Source: Chiloscyllium plagiosum
Lineage: Eukaryota
Direction of reading: 5' to 3'
DNA: 64,000 bases
NCBI RefSeq assembly: GCF_004010195.1
Contig: NC_057726.1
Span: 68,855,155 to 68,919,154, forward strand
Shown: piece after piece, positions 1-10,500 of the stretch
Layout: every line of letters begins with the position of its first letter
Position numbering within the stretch: the first letter of the stretch is position 1
Translations under genes and position numbers: made by a program
The notes under the pieces: model-generated
Databases searched by the model: none
The model's input: only the letters and a program-made list of their open reading frames with translations
Told to the model about the DNA's origin: nothing

Positions 1-745
1 ACAGGAGTTGTGAGGACATGTTGCGGCTGTACAGGACATTGGTTAGGCCACTGTTGGAATATTGTGTGCAATTCTGGTCTTCTTCCTATTGGAAAGATGT
101 TGTGAAACGTGAAAGGGTTCAGAAAAGACTTACAAAGAAGTTGCCAGGGCTGGAGGATTTGAGCTATAGAGAGAGGCTGAACAGGCTGGGGCTGTTTTCC
201 ATGGAGCATGGAGTGACTGATGGCTGATGGCTGATGAGTGACTTTATAGAGGTCTACAAAAGAAAGGGTTCAGAAAAGACTTACAAAGAAGTTGCCAGGG
301 CTGGAGGATTTGAGCTATAGAGAGAGGCTGAACAGGCTGGGGCTGTTTTCCATGGAGCATCAGAGGCTGAGGAGTGACTTTATAGAGGTCTACAAAATGA
401 TGAGGGGCATGGATAGGCTAAATAGACAAAGTCTTTTCCCTGGGGTTGGGGAGTCCAAAACTAGAGGGCATAGGTTTTGGGAGAGAGGGGAAAGATATAA
501 AAGAGACCTAAGGGCAACGTTTTCACAAAGAGGGTGGTACATGTATGGAATGAGCTGCCAGAAGAAGTGGTGGAGGCTGGTACAATTGCAACATTTAAAA
601 GGCATTTGAATGGGTATATGAATAGGAAGGGTTTGGAGGGATATGGGCCGGGTGGGACTAGATTGGGTTGGGATATCTGGTTGGTATGGATGAATTGGAC
701 TGAACGGTCTGTATCCATGCTGTACATCTCTATGACTCTATGACT
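1..745 (+). mobile_element. CR1/HER1-like LINE 3' fragment with internal duplication
   Basis: LYRTLVRPLLEYCVQFWS and WNELPEEVVEAG peptides; 3' UTR with short ATGACTCT repeat tail. Confidence 0.9.
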
Positions 746-756
746 CTCCTTTACAT

Positions 757-1225
757 TTAACACACTCCAAACCAGGCAACATCCCGTGACTTTTTTCTGC
801 ACCCTCTCCAAAGCCTCCATACCTTCCTATAATGTGGTGACCAGAACTGTACATAGTACTCCAAATGTGCCCTGACCAAAGTCTTATACAGTTGCAACAT
901 GACTTGCCAATTTTTATACTCCGTGCCCTGACTAATGAAGAAAAACATGCTGTAAACCTTCTTTACAACCTTAACCTCTTGTGTTGCCACCTTTGGGATG
1001 TGCATCACAAGATCCCTCTGTATACCAATGCTTCTCAGTGCCAAGAGATTTACAGTATACTTTCCTCTTGCATTTGACCTCCCAAAATGCATCACCTCAC
1101 ACTTGTCTGGATTAAACTCTATCTGCCATGTCTCTGCCCAACTTTCCAGCTGATCCATTTCCTGCTGCATCCTTTAATATCCTTCCTCAATATCCATCGC
1201 TCCACCAATTTTCATGTCATTAACA
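757..1225 (-). mobile_element. CR1 LINE RT fragment
   Basis: WAETWQIEFNPDKCEVMHFG...LEYYVQFWSP. Confidence 0.88.
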
Positions 1226-1501
1226 GTTGGGGCAGCAGTGTTTTCAGGAGAGTCTTTACACCGATGGCTGCTTGGCTACAGATCTGAGATCCCAGGCTCT
1301 GCCTGCCAAAGGCAGGTTCTCCTACTGTTGTGCACACTCCCATTGGTCAGGACAAGAGACAGTGCTTACATCCCCTGACCTTGAACCTTTCTCTCAGCTA
1401 TCCCCCTCTTTTCTCACCCTAATCCCTCCACCAAACTCACTGGAGCTCCCATTTTCTCCACAGCTCTCCTCCCACCGACTGCCTGCCTGTCTGTCTAGAG
1501 G

Positions 1502-1633
1502 CAAAAGTGCGGACTGCAGATGCTGGAAACCAGAGTTTAGATTAGAGTGGTGCAGGAAAAGCACAGCAGGTCAGGCAGCATCCGAGGAGCAAGCAGGAAA
1601 ATCGACGTTTTGGGCAAAAGCCCTTCATCAGGG
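1502..1633 (-). mobile_element. Short Penelope-derived element with hammerhead motif
   Basis: Minus strand reads CTGATGA-AGGGC-TTTT-GCCC-AAAACGTC; 11-bp TSD CTGTCTAGAGG (1491-1501 / 1634-1644). Confidence 0.8.
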
Positions 1634-2059
1634 CTGTCTAGAGGTCAGCCGCCAGACAAACAGGTAGGCAGTCTGAACACTTCAGCCAGCCTTTTCAGTT
1701 GTAAACATACAAATAAGGAACAAGAGGAGGCCATATGGTTCTTCGGGCCTGCTACACTGTTTAATAAGATGATACCTGATCTGATTTTAAACTCAATCCT
1801 GCATTCCTACATATCCCCGACGATTTTTCATCCCTTTGGTAATCAAGCATCCATCCACTTCTGCCTTTAAAGTTAGTGCATCCAATGGCTTTTGAAGACG
1901 TGAATTCCAAAGACACTCCACATCCAGTGAGTTTTGTGGACAGAATCCAAAGCTGCTCTCTTGATATTAGTGTCAACTTGTATCCATAACAATGTGCTTT
2001 TAAGGTCATTAACCTGACAAAAAAGTCCTGAGGGATATTTCGAGGGGTTGGGCAATTCC

Positions 2060-2320
2060 AAAGCGTCTTAGCTCCTGTATTTAATGCTCTGAGCAATGAA
2101 GGCAAACGCGCCAAACACCTCCTTCACCACACTGTCTATCTGCAGCACCATTATCAAGGAAGTGTGTATGTGAACCCCAAGGTCTCTCTGTTTGATAGCA
2201 CTGACCAGAGCCCTGCCAATAACTGTGTAAGTCTTACTGTGCTTTGTCTTACCAAAATGCAACACCTTGAATTCATTTGGATTAAACTCCATTTGTCATT
2301 CCTCAGCTCTTTGGCCCAGG
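2060..2320 (-). mobile_element. CR1 LINE RT fragment
   Basis: MEFNPNEFKVLHFG..QRDLGVHIH. Confidence 0.8.
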
Positions 2321-2429
2321 TATCTCGAGAATGATGGTTTTGCAGGGTGCTTTAGAATTTTCTGAGGGTGATAAAGGCTCCATTATAAGCCATGAGCCAT
2401 AGCAACAGGTCAAGAGCAGTGAACTATTG

Positions 2430-2730
2430 AATCATGTGGAGTTCTCAAGGATGGAGCTATTCAGTGTCGAGTTATCCCACTGGACAAAACTGGGGTGGAT
2501 TTACTTGGGAAGAGCTAACCTGAACAGACTTATCCAAGATAGAGTTTTTTTTTATGATAGCCATCTAGTATGAAACCATATAGAATGGAGTTTTCTTGGT
2601 TGGAGTTGACTGGGATGATGCTGTCCAGAATGGATAGAGTTTTCCAGGCTGGAATTTTCCAGTATGGAATTATTGGGTTGGAGAAAGCCAGGGTGTGATT
2701 AATAAAGTTTGATCTGAATCGGAGTTATTT
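2430..2730. repeat. Highly degenerate ~15-bp tandem repeat (GGAGTTATCCAGGAT-like)
   Basis: GGAGTT/GGAATT/GAGCTA recur about every 15 nt. Confidence 0.5.
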
Positions 2731-3264
2731 ACAATGTACACAAACTGCCTGCCAGCCTTTCTAATAGTAATCTGCTCAAGTAGTGTCGGGTGTGTGATGT
2801 AACATGTGCTCGTGTCACTTCCTGTGTTGATTCTGCAGAGTCAGTGCTTATCGGGTTCAGTTACACAATTGCACGATAGATCACTCACCCTCTTTTTGTG
2901 CAAAAGCATCTCAACAAATGCATTAACACTCTCAAAAAAGCAGCAAGATAACTGTCTAGTTGGGACTCAAACATGGACTGGGGGGATTAAGGGTTTATAT
3001 AACAATGGCCTGCCCATCTGCTGGTGGGATAAAGTCATTAACTGATAGGCAATAGGCGAGGATGGAATGATGTGACGATGGATAAGTCTTAGAATTTTAC
3101 TTAATTACTTTTTGAAGATCGGGAAATACTTGTCAGATTTATCTTCAGGAGGTTGGGTCCCAAACAGTGATGGGGTGGAGGGATTATGGGACAGGCAGCC
3201 TCCCATTTCCTTAGTTCTCTTGTTTACATTTTACAGCTCTTCAGAACTAAATTAAATGAGCTAC

Positions 3265-3274
3265 TGACTCAGCA
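3265..3274 (+). promoter_or_regulatory. Antioxidant response element-like motif TGACTCAGCA
   Basis: Matches the TGACnnnGCA core (NF-E2/AP-1 type) 1.25 kb before the OSGIN1-like ATG. A second match (TGACTCTGCA) is on - at 2834-2843. Confidence 0.45.
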
Positions 3275-3554
3275 TGAATTGTAAATGGGTTTCACCATAA
3301 GTTTTGAGAAATGGCGCATCAAATTGCACGAAACTAATATTTTCTGAATGCAAAAGAGCAGAAACGACACCAAAACATTCTTTCAGAACGTCATAGGTCC
3401 CAGAACCTAGATCCCATAGGAGTTTATCAATTGTCTATGTTTGTAATGATACAGCAGAAAAATTTCTTACTGGAAAGTGCAAGTAGACTTATTTTAATTA
3501 ACAAGGTGTTAAATAGCATTTCAATTTTAAAAAGTGGGGAAAGAAAACAAGGAA

Positions 3555-3885
3555 AAATGGCTTAGTGGTTAGCACTGCTACCTCACAGCACCTTGGACGC
3601 AGGTTTGATTACACCCTCAGGCAATTGACTGTGCGGAGTTTTGTACATTCTCCCCATATCTATATAGATTTCCTGCCACAGTCCGAAGATATGTGGGTTA
3701 GGTGACTGGCAATGCTAAATTGCCCCATAGTGTCCAGGGATGTGCAGGCTAGGTGGGCTAGCCATGGGAAGTGCAGGGTTACAGGGACAGGGAAGGGAAG
3801 TGGGTCACAATGGAATGCTCTTTGGAGAGTTGGCATGGACTTGATGGGCCGAATGGCCTGATACCACCCTGTGTAGGGATTCCAT
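3555..3885 (+). mobile_element. HE1-like tRNA/V-domain SINE
   Basis: A-box AGTGGTTAGCAC, degenerate B-box, V-domain remnant, LINE-derived tail. Confidence 0.8.
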
Positions 3886-4130
3886 GGAAAAGTATGTTTA
3901 ATAGAAACTAAAGTGTGTGGTATCTCCAAACAGAATGGTCACTGAATCCAGACAGGCACATGTCACTCTCCGTCCCCTTCCACTCTCAACCTCCCTATGC
4001 TCTATGATCCCATTTAGTCAGAACCTTGCTGATCTCGGAAAGCGCAAACTATTGAATCAGCAAACTTCAATTTAAAATCCCGACTGAGCCAATTACTTTG
4101 GACATCCTGACCCTTGTAACAGGGTTAATT

Positions 4131-4376
4131 GGACACTGGGCACAATGCGGATTTAATCAGACACTGGATACAGTAAGGAGTCCATCAGGCACTGAGCACG
4201 GTGTGGGTCCGTTCAGGCATTGGGCATGGTGTGGGGTCCGTTCAGGCGCTGGACACGGTGTGGGGTCCGTTCAGGTGCTGGGCACGGTGTGGGGTCCGTT
4301 CAGGCGCTGGACACAGTGTGGGGTCTGTCAGGCACTGGGCACGGTGTGGGATCTGTTCAGGTGCTGGGCACAATGA
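4131..4376. repeat. 29-bp minisatellite (TCAGGCACTGGGCACGGTGTGGGGTCCGT), ~8 copies
   Basis: Directly visible tandem units. Confidence 0.9.
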
Positions 4377-4516
4377 GGAGATAACCCAGCAGGCATTTTA
4401 TTCATAGTATCCTGCTGGTGACACTTAACCTCTACCGTTCCTGTTGTTGCAAGCAGACAGCAAGCTTTACCGGAAAGAACGGTGACTGTGCATGTGTGCC
4501 TGAACTTGGGAAGACA

Positions 4517-4577
4517 ATGGAGGAAACTGGATCATCCTCGTCACCGGGAATCAGTCCAATCCCTGTCGTTGTAATCG
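4517..4577 (+). CDS. OSGIN1: OSGIN1-like coding exon 1 (MEETGSSSSPGISPIPVVVI-G)
   Basis: ACAATGG Kozak context; PVVVIG begins the Rossmann motif; donor G|GTACGT, phase 1. An acceptor near 4453-4460 implies an upstream exon, so a longer N-terminus is possible. Confidence 0.8.
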
Positions 4578-7500
4578 GTACGTTCAGCTTCCAATCTCCT
4601 TGTCAATCCGACTCTCCATTTTCCCATCTCTCCCGGCACACTCAGTGTCAGTGTCAAAATTTTTCAATTATCCTGACTCTCTCTCCCGCGCTCTCTGACT
4701 CTCTTTATCTGCCTCTCTCCCCTTTTTCTCAGGGTCTCTTAGCTACCAGAGCTGAAAATGTGTTGCTGGAGAAGCGCAGCAGGTCAGGCAGCATCCAAGG
4801 AGCAGGAGAATCGACATTTCGGTCATAAGCCCTTCTTCAGGCTTATGCCCAAAACGTCGATTCTCCTGTTCCCTGGATGCTGCCTGACCTGCTGCGCTTC
4901 TCCAGCAACACATTTTCAGCTCTGATCTCCAGCATCTGCAGACCTCACTTTCTCCTCTTAGCTACCAGCCTGTCACTCCCTGACTTTGGAAAATCTTTAA
5001 ACTTTTAAAACCGACAACTCTGACTAGCCCATAAGCTCTGCTTCTACACTTTGTTCTCTCTGCTACTGTCTTACCAGGTGTTTGTCTTTGCCAAGTCCTG
5101 AAGAATGTTCAGACTTCCCAGTCACTAAAACGCCCAACCAGTTCTAGTTGGACAGAAAGTTTCTGGGAGTGTGGCTGACTGAAGAGACTAGGCCTCAAAT
5201 ATGCAGTGTAAAAGCAAGCTGTACGTGACCCTGCTTCCTCTAGGTGTGCCATTTGAAAAGTGATATTTTAAATGTTGCATCTTAATGCTTTGCTGATATA
5301 TTTGGATTTGGCATCATTTCTGGCGCTGGCAATCTATTGCTCCAAATCACACTGAGATGAGTAAAGGACATTCAGTCCATAGTCTTTTTTTACTCATTGG
5401 CAAATAGGGTTAAGGAGAATCCAGAAGGTTTTTACAAATACATGAAGGACAAAAGGGTAGCTAGGGAGGGATCGGGGCCCCTCAAAGGTCAGCAAGGCAG
5501 CCTTTGTGTGGAGCTGTAGGAGACGAGGGAGATACTAAATGATTATTTTGCATCAGTGTTTACTGTGGAGAAAGTCATGGAAGATATAGAATGGAGGGAA
5601 ATAGATGGTGACACCTTGAAAAATATCAATATTACAGAGGAAGAAGTGCTAAGTGTCTTGAAATGCATAAAAGTGGATAAATCCCCAGGACCTGATCAGG
5701 TGTACCCTAGAACTTTGTGGGAAGCTAGAGAAGTGATTGCTGGGGCCCTTGCTGAGATATCTGTATCATCGATAGTCACAGGTGAGGTGCTGGAAGACTG
5801 GAGGTTGGCTAACATGGTGCCACCATTTAAGAAAGGTGGTAAGGACAAGCCAGGGGACTATAGACCAATGAAACTGACGTCGGTGGTGAGCAGGTTGTTG
5901 GAGGGAATCCTGAGGGACAGGATGTACATGTATCTGGAAAGGCAAGGACTGATTAGGGATAGTCAGCATGGATTTGTGAGTGGGAAATCATGTCTCACAA
6001 ACTTGATTGGGTTTTTTGAAGAAGTAACAAAGACGATTGATGAGGGCAGAGTATAGGACGTGATCTATATGGACTTCAGTAAGGCGTTCGACAAGGTTTC
6101 ACATGGGAGACTGGTTAGCAAGGTTAGATCTCATGGAATACAGGGAGAACTAGCCATTTGGATACAGAACTGGCTCAAAGGTAGAAGATAGAGGGTGGTG
6201 GTGGAGGGTTGTTTTTCAGACTGGAGGCCTGTGACCAATGGAGTGCCACAAAGATCGGTGCTAGGTCCACTACATTTCATCATATTTGATTTGGATGTGA
6301 GCATAAGAGGTACAGTTAGTAAGTTTGCAGATGACACCAAAATTGGAGGTGTAGTGGACTGTGAAGACAGTTACATCAGATTACAATGGGATCTTGATCA
6401 GATGGGCCAATGGGCTGAGAAGTGGCAGATGGAGTTTAATTCAAATAAATGCGAGGTGCTGCATTTTGGGAAAGCAAATCTTAGCAGGACTTATACACTT
6501 CATGGTAAGGTCCTAGGGAGTGTTGCTGAACAAAGAGACCTTGGAGTGCAGGTTCATAGATCCTTGAAAGTAGAGTCGCAGGTAGATAGGATAGTGAAGA
6601 AGGTGTTTGGTATTCTTTCCTTTATTGGTCAGAGTATTGAGTACATGAGTTGGGAGGTCATGTTGCGGCTGTATAGGATGTTGGTTAGGCCACTTTTGGA
6701 ATATTGCGTGCAATTTTGGTCACCTTTCTATCGGAAGGATGTTGTGAAACTTGAAAGAATTCAGAAAAGATTTACAAGGATGTTGCCAGGGTTGGAAGAT
6801 TTTGACTATAGGGAGAGGCTGAAGAGACTGGGGCTGTTTTTCCTGGAGCACCAGAGGCTGAGGGTGACCTTTCAGAGGTTTATAAAATTATGATGGGCAT
6901 GGGGTGGGAGTCCAGAACTAGAAGGCATAGGTTTAAGGTGAGAAGGGAAAGATATAAAAGAGACCTAAGGGGCAACTTTTTCATGCAGAGGGTGGTGCGT
7001 GTATGGAATGAGCTGCCGGAGGAAGTGGTACAGGCTGGTACAATTGTAACATTTAAAAGGCTTCTGGATGGGTATATGAATTGGAATGGTTTAGAGGGAT
7101 ATGGGTTGGGTGCTAGCAAATGGGACTAGATTAGGTTGGGGTATCTGGTCGGCATGGATGGGTTGGACTGAAGGGTCTGTTTCCATGTTGTATATCTCTG
7201 ACACTGTCACTCTATAACCAGGGAGATGCAGTTTTTCACTCTCCAGATCAGTGTCACGTGCAGTTATAGAGTCGTAGAGCTGTACAGCATGGAATTAAAC
7301 CCTTCGGTCCGACTCGTCCATACCGATCAGATATCCCAAATCCCAATTGGCCCATATCCCTCTCAACCCTTCCTAACCATATACCCATCCTGATGCCTTT
7401 TAAATGCTCTAATTGTACCAGCCTCCACCACATCCTTTGGCAGCTCATTCCATAAAGACACTGCCCTCTGCATGAATAGGTTGCCCTTTAGATCCCTTTT

Positions 7501-10500
7501 ATATCTTTCCCCTGTCCACTTAAATGTATGCCCTCTCGGTTTAAACATCCCTACCCTGTGCAAAGATCTTGTCTATTTACCCTATCCATGTCCCTCACGA
7601 TATACCTCTATAAGGCCATTCCTCAGCCTCTGATGCTGTAGGGAAAGTAGCCCCAGCCTAATTAGCCTCTCCCTATAGCTTGAACCCTGGCAACATCCTG
7701 TAAATGTTTCCTGAAACCTTTTCAAGTTTTGTAACATAGCAGGGAGACCAGAATTGAATGCTTATTCCAAAAGTGACCTTGCCAGTATCCAGTACAGAAG
7801 CAACATGACATCCCAACTCCTATACTCAATGCACTGTCCAATCATAGTAAGTGTACCAAATGGCTTCTTCACTATCCTGTCTACATGCGACTCCACCTCC
7901 AAGGAACTGTGAAGCTAAATGTTCCTCCACTGCCCTAGATACAGAGTTAACCCGCCTTGCACCCACACACCACTGCTACACTGCCCAGGAAACAGGGTAG
8001 TGTCTAAATAAGGAAGCCAAAACATGGTGCATAGCTTTAAATTAAGGGGTGGTAGGTATAGGACAGATGTTAGGGGTAGGTTCTTTACTCAGCGAGTCGT
8101 GAGTTCATGGAATGCCCTGCCAGTAGCAGTGGTGGACTCTCCCTCATTATGGGCATTTAAGCGGGCATTGGATAGGCATATGGAGGATAGTGGGCTAGTG
8201 TAGGTCAGGTGGGCTTGGATCGGCGCAACATCGAGGGCCGAAGGGCCTGTACTGCGCTGTATTCTTCTATGTTCTATGTTCTATGGTGCCTTTAACATAG
8301 GGAAGTCCCAAGATCCTGCACACCAATGTTACGAAGCAAGATTAGGCACTGAATCACGAACAGACACATTAAGACAAGATGACAGAAAGCTTTCTCAAAG
8401 GGCAAGAGACTTAAACGAGCGGTTTCCAAAAAGTGGAGAGCAAGAGCTGGAGATTAAACAAGAAACATCAGTCAGAAAGCTGAATGTCGAGCAGTTCACC
8501 ACAAATAGTGATTGATGTTACATTTGGAAAAAGGTTCTGGATAATTAATAGGTTCGGGAGAAACCAGGAGAAATGAGACTAAGATGCAAGTTTCGTGCAG
8601 AGTGACGTAAAAGGACACAGCCTGTCCAAGCTAAAATTTTCCACTTTTCTATCTCTAGGAGAGCCACATCACTGGGACTGAGGAATACTTATGCAGTTAT
8701 AATTAGTATGGGCAGCCTTGTATGAATCAGAAAAATTTTCAATTTGGCACCACAATTAACTGCCTAATGAGCAGTCCAGCGTGAGTGTCTGATAAGTGGA
8801 CAGCACCATGAGAGAACAGGACCACTCAGGTGTGTGTCAGACAGAGAAACAGACAAGCACCCAAATATTTAGCTCAAGAAGTAACTTTCCCTGAGAAGCT
8901 CACTTGTTTCCTAAATGATTCTAAGGTTTTCTTGAAATGCATGTTGCATCAGCAGTCAGCACTGCTGCCTCACAGCACCACGGACTTGGGTTCGATTCCA
9001 CCACCGGGTGACTGGTTGTGTGGGGTTTGCACATTCTCCGTGTGTCTGTGTGGGTTACCTCCGCGTGCTCCAGTTTCCTCCGGTAGTCCAGAGATGTGCA
9101 GGTTAGATGGATTGCCCACAGTGTCCAGGGATGTGCAATGTAGATGAGTCCGCCATGGGAAATGTGCGGTTACGGGGATAGGATAGGGGGCTGGGTCTGG
9201 GTTTGGGCAGGATGCGCTTTGGAGGGGCAGTGACGACATGATGGGTCAAACACTTTTGAGGTTTGAGTTCTGGAACTTTCCTGGGAAGCTTGCTCCTAAA
9301 GGGTTAAATATAAAATGACTCTGAGGAGACAGAGTGTACCAGTAATTATTGACATGTTAAACATTGATGGTCCTGGAACCTGTTCAACAACTCCGGCCTT
9401 TCTCATCACAAAGATTTATCTGGTGTGTTTGCAGTTGCTCAGCAACCCCACTTTCCCTCAGTAATGCTATCTCTTATTCCAGTGGAGCCTGATAACATTT
9501 TTTTAAAAAACGGCTCAAGACCTGTCCGCAGTCAACGTAGTCGAGCAGCCGCAATTGGGAAAGGGGTCTCTTGCCCAGAGTGAACTGGCCAGAACCAGCA
9601 ACAGTATGGCCGAGCCTGACCTAGTGAGATCACAGGCCCCACCCACACTCCCACTCCCCTGCCCATGACGAAGATGGTTAGTTGTGTGGATAGGTTCAAA
9701 CTCTGAAACAATGATCCCCGTGGTGGAATAGCCTCCTGGGATGACGATGGCAGCCTCCAGTTTCCCACCCTACCCCTTTTGTTTTGGTTTTCAGAATCAA
9801 AACAATATTATGTAAGAAAGAGGTCATTCAGCCCATCATCTAGTCTGCCTGTGTTACCTAGTGCCAATCTCCTGCCTTTTTCCTCATATTCCTGCACACC
9901 ATTATGTCGAAACCATCCAATGCCTCCTGGAGTGTCTCAACTGAGCCTTCCTCCTTACAGGGCACTCCAAACCCTAACTGCATGCTGAGTGAACATTTTC
10001 TTTCATATTACCATTGCATCATTTGCACATCACTTTATATCTATGCCCTCTCGTTCTCGTTTCTTTTATGAGCAGAAACAATTTCACCCAATCTACTCTA
10101 CACAGTCCACTTATAATGTTGAAAACCTCGACTAAATCTCCCCTTATCGACCTTTCCTTCCTAACTTTTTCAATCATCTTACATATGTTGAGGTTGGTGA
10201 GGCTGTTCTGGAGACTGTGTCCGGTTCTGGTCACCCTGTTATAGGAGGGATATTGTTAACCTAGAGAGGGTTCAGAAGAGCTTTATCAGGATGTTGCCGG
10301 TAATGGAGGGTGTGAATTATAAGGAGAGGCTGGATAAATTGGGACATTTCACTGCAATCTAGGGGGTTGAGGGGTGACCTTTATAGAGGTTTACAAGATC
10401 TTGAGGGTTATCGATATATATGAATGACCGGCGTCTTTTCCCTAGGGTGGGGAATTTCAAGACTAGCGGCATATTTTTAAAGTGAGAGGAGAAGGACTTA

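Noticed and set aside
5556-6893. Reverse transcriptase ORFs as a functional gene
   Set aside because: 5'-truncated CR1 with stops and frameshifts.
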